Shown here piece by piece: positions 24,154-36,352 of a DNA stretch of 64,000 nucleotides. Source of the stretch: Ascoidea asiatica JCM 7603 (taxonomy: Eukaryota > Fungi > Ascomycota). The position numbers were made by a program, and so were the translations under genes. Position 1 is the stretch's first letter. Each line of letters begins with the position of its first letter. The notes below the pieces were generated by a model, which had not been told where the DNA came from, did not search any database, and was given only the letters and a program-made list of their open reading frames with translations. Where the stretch lies: contig BCKQ01000006.1 of the NCBI GenBank assembly GCA_001600695.1, forward strand, positions 1,089,197-1,153,196, in the 5' to 3' direction.

Positions 24154-26373
24154 GATATTATTGACATTATTGATATTATTGATATTATTAATATTCGAAT
24201 TATTATTATTCGAATTATTATTATTCACATTATTAGTATTATTCAATTCATAATTAAATGGCTGGGATTGATTATATCTTTGTTGGGCTAATAAACTATT
24301 GGCTGAGTTCGGGCTTTTATTGATATTCATATTATTAACCAAACCTAAAGAAGAATGTGATTGAGATCTAGTTAAAGAATTTAACTTATTATTTGAAGAA
24401 TTAATATTATCTAAATATTGATGACTTGAATTTTGAATATTTTGAAAAAATGGTTTTCTTTTAATTATTATTAAACCATTTTCATGTGATTCAATTAAAT
24501 TTAAAAAATTAGTTAATGTATATAAAATTTTTTTATGATTTTGTGAAATTGAAGAAGGATAAGCTAATTCTGTATAAAACTTTTTTGTATCATTTTTAAA
24601 TATAACTAATTGAGTATAGTATTCCAAAATTTCCGGATCATTAAAGTTTAAGATATTCGGAGGCATTTGTGTATTTGAGATGCAAGGAATTGAAGGATAG
24701 AATCTTTCTATTGCATTAGGGTTGGAATTAAGATTTAAATTAATATTAGAGTTGGAACTAGAACCAATAGAATTTTGATTTAATAAAAGATTATTTAGGT
24801 TTAATTTATTATTAATGATACTGTTATTGTTATTATTAGGAACAATATTAATATTGTTATTATTAATATTATTGTTATTATTAAGTCCATGGATCGTATT
24901 TGTCATATTATTTATATTATTCATGTTATTCATATTATTCATATTAGTTGTATTATTGATGTTATTAATGTTACTCATGTTATTTATATTACTCATACTA
25001 TTGATATTATTCATATTACCAGTAGGTACTGAACTTATAGAGAATAAACTAGTTAAAGAAGCAGTTGAAGTAGAACGATGTTGCTCTTCCAATTGACCTC
25101 TTTTTTCACGCTTTTCTCTTTCAATTCTTTCTCTTTCAGCTAACGGTAACATTTTTTTATATTCAACTCTTAATTTTCTACCACCGATTTCTCTACCATT
25201 TAAATTTTTAACAACAGAAGATGTTTCATCAGTTGAAGTAAAATTAGCAAAAGCTAAACCTCTAAATACCCCGTTATCAAAATGATAATTAAAAGCATAA
25301 GGTAAAGGTAATTTTAATTTTACCATTTCATCTAATAATTGCTCTCTTTTAATAGAAAATGGGATGTTTTTAATTACTATTGCAGTGGGGATTAAATCTT
25401 CTTCATCCTTTTGAGAAACATTAGTATTGTTAATATTAGAATTTAGGTTAATGTTCGTGTTGTTATTAGAGTTTGAAGTATTATTTGAATTAATAATGTT
25501 ATTTGAAATATTATTTAAGTTTGAGTTAAGTTTATTATTGCTGTAATTAATACTGTTATTATTGAGAGAATTGATGTTTGTGAAATTATTTGAGTTATTA
25601 AGATTTATTTGAGAATTGGGTTGAGGATTAAATTGAGGATTGAATTGAGAATTAAATTGAGAGTTAAATTGAGAAATATTTTCTTTTTGTTTAATAATAA
25701 GATTTTCACTACTTGGAGACAAAGTTGTTGTTTGATTTTCAATAGTTGTTTGCGTAATTGAAGGAGTAATTGAGTGAGGCTTGCTTGAAGAAATAATATC
25801 AGAATTGGCATGACTTGAGATATTTGAAGATTTGATTATATTAGATTTATTATTACTATTATTGTTGTTTAGATCTACTAATTGGGATTGATTTGAAACT
25901 AAAGGAGTATTTGTTAAGGATGATTCATAACCCGAAACTGAAACTGAAGATAAAGAAGATAAAGAATTACGACGTTGACTAGATAAGATGTTATTTGACA
26001 TTGTGTTATTAATTTTATCAATTTTATCAATTTTATCAATTTTATCAATTTTATCAATTTTATCAATTTTATCAATTTTATCAATTTTATCTTTCTCACC
26101 GTTTTTATAAGCATTTTTTTCTTGATCTTCATCTGATGGATCATTATCTTTGAAAGCTAATGAGTGAGATTGAGAATTGACATCGGAATGAATATTCGAA
26201 GAGTTTGAAATATTTGAAGATAAAGGAGATATAATTGAAGATTGAATTGAAGAATCATTTAAAATCTCATTGGAATTTAAATAATTTTTATTAGAATCAG
26301 TCTGTTTTTGAAGTTGAGAATCAGTAGTTGATGACAGATTATCTTCAACTAAAATGGAACCGGACAATTCCAT
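22906..26373 (-). CDS. PIN4: RRM RNA-binding protein Pin4/Mdt1, Asn-rich
   Basis: IPTAIVIKNIPF...PLPYAFNYHFDNGVFRGLAFANF...GRKLRVEYKKMLP..ERERIEREKREKRGQLEEQH. Confidence 0.92.
26011..26091 (-). repeat. Coding 9-bp tandem repeat (DKI)x9
   Basis: GATAAAATT x9 on the coding strand. Confidence 0.95.
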
Positions 26374-27369
26374 AATTAAATTGTTAAAATGAAATTGAGA
26401 TTAATTAGTTATTTAGCAGATTTATTAACTAAGAAGAAATATTATTTTGATATAAAAATGTGTTATTCCATGAAATAATAAAAGGGATTTTTGAATAAGA
26501 CCTAAAGAAAAGAAGTGAAAAAAAATAAAAATAAAAATATAACACTTGATGAGAAAAAGGAGTAAGAGACTGCTCAGGATAATGAAATAAGCCGATAGTT
26601 AAATAACAGAAAATGAAACTATTCAGTGATTATACTTAATATCTAATGAACAATGTATTAATAATATCTTTATATTTATTTGAGATAATCAAATATTGCT
26701 TAAAAAAATAATTAGTAAAAGTCAGTGAAAAAAAGAATAATAACTGGAAAATAAGTTGAAAGCTAGAAGCAAAATTGAAGAAGCAGCGGTATGTGTGAAA
26801 CGTTACCAGTATGAAATAAGGACAGGTTTGGGAAGAGGCAAAAGAGAAGAAGAAGAGGAAGAAGGAGAAGAAGTAAAAGAAAAGAGAAGAAAGAAGAGCA
26901 GTGAATAAATAACGTTAACTGCTAGTAAAAAAAAAGAGAAGGTCTGCCATGGGTTTCAATACTGCACAAAGAGTACACAGAACACAGCAGAACAGGATCA
27001 AAAGCAAAAGCAAAACCAGAAGCAGAATCAGAGCATTGATCATCCACCGTCAGCATCGTTACCACTCCCAGGAATAAGTTTTGTTAGTATTATGTCAGCA
27101 ACAAATAACAAGTAGCAAGTAACGTTACTTGGTGTGTTATTTGTCCAACTCCGAGCCCGCTAGCATGGTTACCCTCTATTTGCTTTTCTCATCCTCAACT
27201 GGTCACGTTATGGTCAAGTTACCTAAGCTGTTGTCTTGGCTAGCTACTACAAATGTAACTTGAAATAAGTAGTACCGATACTTCGTTACTATTTTTATGC
27301 AAATAAATATGATTACTATTATGGTTATTATTGTTATTCCTATTACTACTATTTTTATAATTAGTATTA

Positions 27370-28491
27370 TTAAGTTACAAGAACCCATAGAAGAAAAAAA
27401 ACAATCAAGACAAAAAATACTTTTAGAACCAACCATTTATTATTTGAAATATTAGTAAAATATTTTAAAAGCTCTCGGTGGGCCCCTTCAACATTCATTG
27501 AAATATCATCAACATTTTGATCAATTATCTGCAAAGATTCTCCTTGTTCTTGAATCATTGTTGATAATTGTTGATATAAATTTCCAACTTCGTTTATAGT
27601 AGATTCTATTACTTCAACAGCTCTATTTCTATCTTGTAAATAATCTCCATTTTGTTCCTCCATTAATAATAATGACTGAGTTTGTTCATTTATTGTTAAG
27701 AAATTACTATTATTATTGTTATTATTTCTGCTACTATCACCATTATTGTTATTGAAGTTATAATCTGACTCCAGATCATCTTTTGTACTTAAACTGCTTA
27801 AAAATGGGTTATCCGATGTACTAGGATTAACAAAATAGCCATTTTTTTCTTCTGGGGGTATTGATTTTTTCTGTATTCGAGATTGTGATTCAGATTTTGA
27901 TTGTGACTGTAATTGAGATTGAGATTGAGAAGGTATTAATAATTGATTTCTTTTTTTGCTCGATGATATTTCATTTTTTCGCCTAACTTCAAGAGCATTT
28001 TTAAATTCAAAACTTGCATCTGTAAATTTATCATTTAACAAATTCAAAACATTTTTAGAATATAAATTCATTTGATTATTATTACTATTACTATTATTCT
28101 TATAATTTTTACTTGCAACTTTCAATGAATTTGGATCTTTTCTATGATTTTGTAAATCTTTGATTTCTTTGCCAATTTTAAATATATCCTGTTTAATGAT
28201 ATATGTTAATTCAGCTACCTCAATTGGTCTATCATCAACAATACTTTTTCTTTTTGCCATTTCGGCTAATTTTCGAATCAATTCAGTTATATGTGCTATA
28301 TCATATGCGATACCACTTGCTCTACTAGAAAATTCACTCTTACTATAATTTCTACCAGTAACTTCATTATTATTACTATTGTCATTTATTTTGTTATGAT
28401 TGTTATTGCTTTGTTTATTGATTTTATTAAAATTATGAACACATTGTTGAAATTCTAATGTTCTATCCTGAATAGAAAATGCTGTTGCCAT
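27370..28491 (-). CDS. SED5: cis-Golgi syntaxin (t-SNARE)
   Basis: N-peptide IQDRTLEFQQCV, DDRPIEVAELTYIIKQDI, a SNARE motif and a C-terminal TM segment. Confidence 0.93.
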   Translation of the reverse strand: MATAFSIQDRTLEFQQCVHNFNKINKQSNNNHNKINDNSNNNEVTGRNYSKSEFSSRASGIAYDIAHITELIRKLAEMAKRKSIVDDRPIEVAELTYIIKQDIFKIGKEIKDLQNHRKDPNSLKVASKNYKNNSNSNNNQMNLYSKNVLNLLNDKFTDASFEFKNALEVRRKNEISSSKKRNQLLIPSQSQSQLQSQSKSESQSRIQKKSIPPEEKNGYFVNPSTSDNPFLSSLSTKDDLESDYNFNNNNGDSSRNNNNNNSNFLTINEQTQSLLLMEEQNGDYLQDRNRAVEVIESTINEVGNLYQQLSTMIQEQGESLQIIDQNVDDISMNVEGAHRELLKYFTNISNNKWLVLKVFFVLIVFFLLWVLVT

Positions 28492-29179
28492 TTTTCTCTT
28501 TTGAATTTATAAAGATGTTTATATAAATACATATATCTGGTTCTATATCTTTACTATTTATATTTATCTATAATTATCTATTTCTATCGTATTTCTTTAA
28601 ATATATTGAAGCTCAATCTCTCTTTGATATATCTTTTCTTAATGATATTTCTGTTTAAGTTACATACACTAGTTGTTTTTAGTTTTGTATTTACCCTCAG
28701 CATCAACGGTAAACATAATAAATAAGTAAGAGTTACTACAGAAGTAGTCAATCTTGATACGTAATCGGTACCACCTCTTCGGTAGGTAACGTTAAAGAAC
28801 CCGTCCGTTTTTCTTCGTGAAAAATGTGTAGCGTTATGAGACAATCGCGGACCAGTTTTTAAAGATAAGAAATATATCGTTTAAACAGGGTATTAACGTG
28901 TTTTAAATAGGTAAATATTGTATTATATAAGAAACTTTTCCACAATAACAGGGGGTTGTTTTTTCCTTAACGGTACCCCTACTGTGAAATAAAATATGTT
29001 GCAACTGTCGAAAAGCTTCATTTTGTATATTTTTTTAACTTATTCTTATCCTTTGCTTGTTCAGCATTAATATTTTTATCTCCATTACTATTGAGGACAA
29101 GAATCCTTGAAATAATGATAATTAACCATAAATATCAAATTCAATAACTAATTCTGTTGTTTCTTCTTCCTCAAACTTA

Positions 29180-30817
29180 ATGGTTGCTAATTCCTCTTTG
29201 GACTCCAACGATGAGGATACTGATGTAAAAGACCCTCCGTCGGGGTATAATCGTACTACAAAAAATATTTATGCAGCTCAATTTGCTGCTAATCTTCATA
29301 ATAATGAAAACAATAATGATAATGATAATGATAATGGTGATGATGACGATAAATGCTCATCCTTAAGTTCCATCACAACAACAACTACAATTTCAAATAC
29401 AAATCAAAGTAATAATGATAATGATTACTTAGTATCCTCTTCAATTTCTACTTTATCAACTTCTCCAGTTATTGGTTCAAATAAAGTAAATCCAGATATT
29501 CTTTTTAGAAATCAAGCTTTAAATCAGACTAAATACTCTTCAAATACGCCAAATTATAATTCTGAAGCTGTTTTAAATTCTCAATTAAATAAACTTTCAA
29601 TATCTGCTCAACCCTCTGTAAAGGATAATGTTAAATATACTCTACATTCATCAAAGTCAGGTCATAATAAAGAAATTTCAAATGTTAATAATAACATCAT
29701 TAGAAATGATATACAAAAAATTACTTCTGTAAATAAAGTTCGTAATTCTTTCAACAAAAAATTCAAGACTTTACATCCTCATATTAATGATAATTCAAAA
29801 TACAATAAAAGAGTTTTATCAACGGAGATTGACATTGATTCAATTATTGAAAAATTAATTTCTATAGGTGCAAGAAAATCATATACTTCAAAATTTACTA
29901 TTGTAACTAAATCTGAGATCTCTTATATTATGAAACTATCTAAAGAAATTTTATTAAGTCAACCTATGCTTTTAGAACTTTCTGCTCCAGTCAAAGTTGT
30001 TGGTGATATTCATGGACAGTATAATGATTTACTAAGAATTTTTAAATTGTGTGGATTTCCTCCATATTCAAATTATTTATTATTAGGGGATTATGTTGAT
30101 AGAGGTAAACAATCTTTAGAAACTATATTACTATTATTATGCTATAAAATCAAATATCCCGAAAATTTCTTTTTGTTAAGAGGTAATCATGAATCTGCTA
30201 ATATTACTAAAATATATGGATTTTATGATGAATGCAAAAGAAGATTAAATGTTAAAAATTGGAAAAATTTTATTGACGTCTTTAATTGTTTGCCAGTTGC
30301 TGCAACTATAAATAATAAAATTTTCTGTGTTCATGGAGGTTTATCACCTTCATTGCATAAACTTAGTGATATTAAAAAATTAATAAGACCTACTGATATT
30401 CCAGAAGAAGGTTTATTAAGTGATTTATTATGGTCAGATCCAAATCCAAATTATTCTCTAAGAAATTCTTTATTATTTGGTTCTAAAAAAGATCAGAGTG
30501 CTGATTCTTCTAGTATTACGGATTGGAGCCCAAATGATAGAGGAATTTCTTTTTTTTTTTCTAAAAGAGCAGTTGATCTATTTTTAAAAAGATTTAATTT
30601 TGATATAATTATTCGAGGTCATATGGTTGTTGAAGATGGTTATGAATTCTTTCATAAAAAAAAATTGGTAACTGTATTTTCAGCACCCAACTACTGTGGA
30701 GAATTTCAAAATTGGGGTGCTGTAATGAATATAAATTCTAACTTGGTATGTGGGTTTGAGTTACTCAAAGGAAGTTTAAACTTTCATGGAAAGGGTAAGA
30801 AAAATAGAATTAAATAA
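29180..30817 (+). CDS. PPQ1: PP1-related Ser/Thr phosphatase PPQ (Sal6)
   Basis: [35 protein letters not shown] and [13 protein letters not shown]. The HESA and KRRL residues fit Ppq1 better than Ppz. Confidence 0.82.
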   Translation: MVANSSLDSNDEDTDVKDPPSGYNRTTKNIYAAQFAANLHNNENNNDNDNDNGDDDDKCSSLSSITTTTTISNTNQSNNDNDYLVSSSISTLSTSPVIGSNKVNPDILFRNQALNQTKYSSNTPNYNSEAVLNSQLNKLSISAQPSVKDNVKYTLHSSKSGHNKEISNVNNNIIRNDIQKITSVNKVRNSFNKKFKTLHPHINDNSKYNKRVLSTEIDIDSIIEKLISIGARKSYTSKFTIVTKSEISYIMKLSKEILLSQPMLLELSAPVKVVGDIHGQYNDLLRIFKLCGFPPYSNYLLLGDYVDRGKQSLETILLLLCYKIKYPENFFLLRGNHESANITKIYGFYDECKRRLNVKNWKNFIDVFNCLPVAATINNKIFCVHGGLSPSLHKLSDIKKLIRPTDIPEEGLLSDLLWSDPNPNYSLRNSLLFGSKKDQSADSSSITDWSPNDRGISFFFSKRAVDLFLKRFNFDIIIRGHMVVEDGYEFFHKKKLVTVFSAPNYCGEFQNWGAVMNINSNLVCGFELLKGSLNFHGKGKKNRIK

Positions 30818-31022
30818 AAGTTTTTATAAAACATTCAAAAAATTGTGAACTCTATTTGAATTACTTAAATATATAAATGTATATTCTCTGTAGAATTTCA
30901 ATTAACCAAGCTAGTATTGCAGTAAGCAAGAGCATTTTCAATACGGAGCTTTCAAAATTTACTGTAGACAGAGCATGACCCTTTATAAACAGGACTATTA
31001 AGAAAAAGAAAGTTATATGCGC

Positions 31023-31288
31023 TGATTGTTAATCATTTTATTCTTTAATTAGAATTGTCTTCTAGAACAATACTTTATTTTATTTCTTTTCTTAAGTATG
31101 GGAAGTGAACTTTCACATACTAAATTTACAAATTTATTCTCCTATTTTCCACTAATATAAATAGGGCACTTACCTCCCATATTTTTTATATAATTTTTAT
31201 ATATTTTATATTTTAATTAACAATTGTTTATAATTTGAATTAGATATCTTCTTAGTAATAATTAGATATTTCGTTCGAACTACAATCA
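31023..31288 (+). mobile_element. Solo-LTR- or MITE-like repeat (266 bp)
   Basis: TGATTGT...ACAATCA inverted termini and an internal TATAAATA. 31072-31289 is the reverse complement of 63657-63892. No matching TSD found. Confidence 0.6.
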
Positions 31289-31587
31289 GAATTCAATTCA
31301 ACGGACGGCTGTGACGGCGGGCCTCAAACTTGAACAGTTCTCGTTAACACCGAATTTCCATAATATGTCACCCGTAAAAATTATTTGATTTGAGAAACCA
31401 CTGAACATAATGATAAAGTATCTGGGATGTTTTTTATCCAGCATACAATCTTAATTAAACTAATGACACACGTCGGTTATACAACGCTTGATGGTATTAT
31501 TTTCATCTTAGATGCAATTAAATTAGTAGAAAGATAAAGTGAAAACTGAATTTTCTTTGCCTTTCAATTCCAAAGAAAAAGCGTTAA

Positions 31588-34500
31588 ATGGATTCACATA
31601 TACAACCAAATTTAGAATCCACTTTATATAAGAGAAAAAGAGTGGCAAGGGCTTGCGATTTTTGCAGAAAAAGGAAGATCAAATGTAATGGCGAAAATCC
31701 ATGTCTAAAGTGTATTTCTGAAGGTCTAATCTGTTCATACACAGGAAATTCACGATCCAAAAGAAAGTTAAACAGGTCTAATAAGCTTTGTACAAATGAT
31801 GTTCAAATCACTAAAGCTGATAACCCTAATATGAAACTCAATTCTAATTATATTTTGAATGATAACTCTGACCCAGATACTAATTCAGAAAATAATAATG
31901 TACTTAACCAAACTAGAAAAACCATTACGTTTGGCGATCTGCATGATAATATTGGATCAAATTCAATCAACAATGGTTATATAAATCATGAGTTAAATAA
32001 TCTTAAATCTACTATAAATAATTTAGAGAATAAAATTTCGAATATGGATTCTGTATTACAATTAATACTCAATAAATTAGCTGTTATTGATTCCAATTCT
32101 AAACAACCGAATCAAAATCCAATGGACTTAAATATAATTAATAATACAAATTTAAGTTTATCTTCCAATTTAGTTTCCAAAACTTTTGGCTCTTTAACTC
32201 AAAGCAATTCTACAACTTCTTGTCCAACTTTTGATCTAAATAATCCTAAATCCGGTATGACTTCAAGTTTTTCAATTTTCAGTCCGAGAGGTATAAAATG
32301 GATCAAATTTAGATTATCTAATGTTCAATCATCTGATTTATTAACTCCTTTGAAAAACGTTCACAAAAATATTCATTTTTTATTTAAATTTCAAGCTAAA
32401 AAGTATATTCAACCTATTCCTACTGAAAATTTAAAAAATTTACCAGAGAGAGAAATCATAACTTACCTTTTGAACTTTTTATTGACAACTCACATATCAA
32501 TGCAATTATTTGAAAAGGTTGAAATCAATCTTTTACTAAAGAATTACTATAATGATCCATATTCTTTAAGCTATTCAGACCATTTGTTTTTGAACTCTTC
32601 AATTGCAATAGGTGCCGCCTTTGCCAGAGATGCATTATTAATAGATCCAAAGATTAAAAAGGATTTATCAATTTTATTAAAAAGAAATGATCCTTCGGTT
32701 TTTTTGAAAAATTTAGAAGATGATCATCTTTTAAATTCTATTTTTTATTATAATAGGGTATCAATAGTTGGTGACGGTTTAAGATCAATTCAAGGTATTA
32801 TTTTATTAGTTGTTTATAACGAATTAAACTCATTACCGAGAATTTCTCAGATGCTTTTATCTGTCGCTGTTAGATTAGCGTTAGAGATGGGCTTAAATAG
32901 AAAAGAATCTTACTATGGGTTAAGTGAACTTGAAAAAAATTCTAAGGAAATAACATGGTATTTATGTTATCATTTTGATAGAGTCATTTCTTTCAGAACA
33001 GGTAATGCTCCTGTTATTAATCCGGTAGATATTGGTATTTTCCCTCAGACAGCGATTTATGAAAAAATATCTAAATTTTACAATATTCCTATTACTAGAA
33101 TTAGTAGTAAAACAATTGCATCCTTTACTCAAGATATGTTTGATTCAGGTTCTTCAGAAGATTTTAGGCTTTTCTTTTCATTTTTAATGGCTTTAAGCTC
33201 AAAAATTTCTGGTGATGAATATACTAAATTGTATTCTACAAATGCTTTAAGCAATAAAACTCAAAATGAAATTATTAATATTATTAGTAATATGCATGAG
33301 AAAACTGAAGAGTGGAGAAAAATGATTCCAGAAAGAATTAGGCCCGGCAACTATAATACAGATTTAGCTAATGTTTTTCAAGAGTTTTCCTCCTCTGGCA
33401 AAACCTCATATACTATTGAGCAATGCAAACTACAAATATTACTATTGCATTTCTCGTATTACTATCATCTCATGGGACTAAATAAGCTTGAAGTAACAGT
33501 GTCAGTTAGCTTCAACAATGGAGGTTTGAATGAAAATGAATTGTATAAAATAAGGAGCTACAAAAACTTTTTAAATGCAGCAAGGGAAATTTTAAAACTA
33601 TCGGTTTTGTTTCCAAAAAAGTTAATTCATTTCATTGCATTATGTGCTTGTTTTCCAATTGGAGCCCTAATAACTCTATTTACTTCTTTAATACATTACC
33701 CTCAGTTGGATACATCAAGGAATGATTTGAACTTAATGTTGTGTTCATATAGGCGATATCTAATGAATTTTCCTAAAAACAAAAGGTTTGAATCCATTAA
33801 GTTTCTAATGCGAATTTTAATAAACATTTCAATTGAAGCATTCAATAATAATTGCAAGGATAGTAAAGATTATTTTGTTCCTAATGATGAAATGAAAATT
33901 ATTTTAGAAGAATCTTATAACTCTATAAATGACGAAATAAATGCTGAAATCCAAAAGGATAGAACTGAGAAACATAAGTTCAATGAAATATCTAATGATT
34001 TTATTGGAGGTTCAAAGAATAAAAAATGTAAGAAACTAAAAGGTGTTCCAGCCAATAATGTTACATTGCAATTAAAATCCAGCCCAGAATTGAGTAAAAA
34101 TGGGATTCACTTCGAGAATTGTTGTTCTGACAGAGATTTTAAAAGTTGTAATACAAATAATGCTCCTACTGAAACTGATAAAACGGAATTACCAGAGTGC
34201 ATAACTTCAATAGAAATAGAAAAGGTTAATAAGTTATCAGATCCTAAAAGGTATGATGAGCAACCAAATACTGCGAAAATTAATAGTCTGCTATCGCCCT
34301 TTTATGAGAGCAATAAAGCCTCTGATTTACTTCCAATATCATTTTTCAAACCGAAATCCAGTGCAGAACTGAGTAATTACCTAAATAGTGTTGGAAATCT
34401 TTCTCAAAATCAAGCTGAACCACAGATATCTCAAAAACAAGATCAAATATATAGAGATAATAATAACAAAGACGATTTTGATAGTATAAATGATATATTA

Positions 34501-34749
34501 TCCATGTTTTCCAAAACTGGAAAATCATTTGAGCCAGAAGTGCTTAATAATTTTGAAAGCCAGGATGGCTCTATATTATACCAAAGTATGTTTGACGTTC
34601 CAGAATTTTTTGCTGGCGTCCCATATTTAGAAGATAATTTAACTAATGAAAGTAATTTCAAAACAGCAAATTATGAGAATAGCAATGGTAATTGGAGTTC
34701 TAAATCAACTTTTGATTACGGTAATATCAGAAATGTCAATAATCAGTGA
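31588..34749 (+). CDS. Zn(II)2Cys6 transcription factor with fungal TF middle-homology region (Hal9/Mrr1-like)
   Basis: ACDFCRKRKIKC..PCLKC..C, SSFSIFSPRGIKWI and AVRLALEMGLNR. Confidence 0.85.
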   Translation: MDSHIQPNLESTLYKRKRVARACDFCRKRKIKCNGENPCLKCISEGLICSYTGNSRSKRKLNRSNKLCTNDVQITKADNPNMKLNSNYILNDNSDPDTNSENNNVLNQTRKTITFGDLHDNIGSNSINNGYINHELNNLKSTINNLENKISNMDSVLQLILNKLAVIDSNSKQPNQNPMDLNIINNTNLSLSSNLVSKTFGSLTQSNSTTSCPTFDLNNPKSGMTSSFSIFSPRGIKWIKFRLSNVQSSDLLTPLKNVHKNIHFLFKFQAKKYIQPIPTENLKNLPEREIITYLLNFLLTTHISMQLFEKVEINLLLKNYYNDPYSLSYSDHLFLNSSIAIGAAFARDALLIDPKIKKDLSILLKRNDPSVFLKNLEDDHLLNSIFYYNRVSIVGDGLRSIQGIILLVVYNELNSLPRISQMLLSVAVRLALEMGLNRKESYYGLSELEKNSKEITWYLCYHFDRVISFRTGNAPVINPVDIGIFPQTAIYEKISKFYNIPITRISSKTIASFTQDMFDSGSSEDFRLFFSFLMALSSKISGDEYTKLYSTNALSNKTQNEIINIISNMHEKTEEWRKMIPERIRPGNYNTDLANVFQEFSSSGKTSYTIEQCKLQILLLHFSYYYHLMGLNKLEVTVSVSFNNGGLNENELYKIRSYKNFLNAAREILKLSVLFPKKLIHFIALCACFPIGALITLFTSLIHYPQLDTSRNDLNLMLCSYRRYLMNFPKNKRFESIKFLMRILINISIEAFNNNCKDSKDYFVPNDEMKIILEESYNSINDEINAEIQKDRTEKHKFNEISNDFIGGSKNKKCKKLKGVPANNVTLQLKSSPELSKNGIHFENCCSDRDFKSCNTNNAPTETDKTELPECITSIEIEKVNKLSDPKRYDEQPNTAKINSLLSPFYESNKASDLLPISFFKPKSSAELSNYLNSVGNLSQNQAEPQISQKQDQIYRDNNNKDDFDSINDILSMFSKTGKSFEPEVLNNFESQDGSILYQSMFDVPEFFAGVPYLEDNLTNESNFKTANYENSNGNWSSKSTFDYGNIRNVNNQ

Positions 34750-34994
34750 TGTTAACAATATCAAATAACTTAATACTACAAGACTTGAATATGAATAACA
34801 AATAATACCGCACAAAAAAAACACATATAAGCATTAGAATTCAAATAAAGATAATATAATATCGAAGAACGTCTTTAATCAGAACACGAAATATTAATGT
34901 ATAATTACATCTTTTTTATCAGTAATCATTTCAAATTTATTGAATCTTTCTTAAAGTAATATAATAATAAATTTCTAAAATATAAAATAGAACT

Positions 34995-35406
34995 ATGTCA
35001 AAAATACAAGATAGTACTGACTTAAATCAAGTTTGGAAATTTTCTCAATGCTTTGGTGATAAAGGTGATGCTGAAAATGTAAGTGAAGCTGATATCATAT
35101 CTACTGTTGAATTCGATCATACTGGTGGTTATCTCGCCACTGGTGATAGAGGTGGTAGAGTTGTTTTATTTGAAAGAAATAAAGCTAGAAAAAATTGTGA
35201 ATATAAATTTTTTACTGAATTTCAATCTCATGATCCCGAATTTGATTATTTAAAATTTCTTGAAATTGAAGAAAAAATTAATAAAATTGAATGGTGTAAA
35301 AGATCAAATCAAGCTCATTTTTTATTATCAACAAATGATAAAACTATTAAATTATGGAAAATTTATGAAAAATCAATAAAAGTTGTTTCTGAAGCAAATT
35401 TAATTG

Positions 35407-35439
<33 letters not shown>

Positions 35440-36352
35440 TATCCTTATTAAACAATAATTTATATAATAACAATAACAATAATAATAATACTCAGCTACT
35501 TCAATCTCAAATAAATTTACATAAATTAAATAAACTTCTCATAGAAAATCTATCTGCTTATACAAATCATTCTCCTTTTAATTCATTAAATTCTTCAAAT
35601 TCTTCTTCAGATTCAAATAAATCAAATAATCCTTTATTATCTTTAAGTCGTCTACATTTACCAAGATTAGAAATTCAAGATACAATCATAGCCGCTGCTC
35701 CAAGAAGAATATTTGCAAATGCTCATTCTTATCATATTAATTCAATTTCTTTAAATTCTGATAGTGAAACTTTTATTTCTTGTGATGATTTAAGAATTAA
35801 TTTATGGAATTTAGGAATTGCAAGTTAAGGTTTTAATATAGTTGATATTAAACCTGTAAGTATGGAAGAATTAACAGAAGTTTTAACTTGTGCTGCTTTT
35901 CATCCATTATCATGTAATTTATTTATTATGTATTCTTCTTTCAAAGGTACAATAAAATTAGCAGATGTGAGAGAAAATGCATTTTGTGATTCAAAAACAA
36001 AAATTTTGAAGAACATATAAATTCTGCTACACATAATTTTTTCACTGCAATTACTAGTTCAATATCTGATGTTAAATTTTCAAATGAGGGTAAATATATT
36101 GTTATTTGAGATTATATGACAGCGACAATCTGGGATATTGGAATGGAAAATAAACCAATTAGAACAATAAATATTCATGATCAGTTGAGAGAAAAATTAT
36201 GTGATGTTTATGAAAATGATGCAATATTTGATAAGTTTGAATGTGTATTTTCTGGTGATAGTAAATCTATAATGACTGGTTCATATGATAATAATTTTAT
36301 GATTTATCCAAATGCTGTTAATACTTCAAATCCAGATCCTGTAATCTATTAG
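34995..36352 (+). pseudogene. CDC55: PP2A B55 regulatory subunit, disrupted
   Basis: [45 protein letters not shown] and [15 protein letters not shown]. Lesions: TAA at 35826, frameshift at ~36005, TGA at 36107 and TAG at 36350; the conserved C-terminus is not seen. Confidence 0.88.

Noticed and set aside
35826-36109. Stop-codon reassignment or RNA editing rescuing CDC55
   Set aside because: Different stop types at Gln and Arg positions plus a frameshift. Other genes in the window terminate normally on TAA, TAG and TGA.
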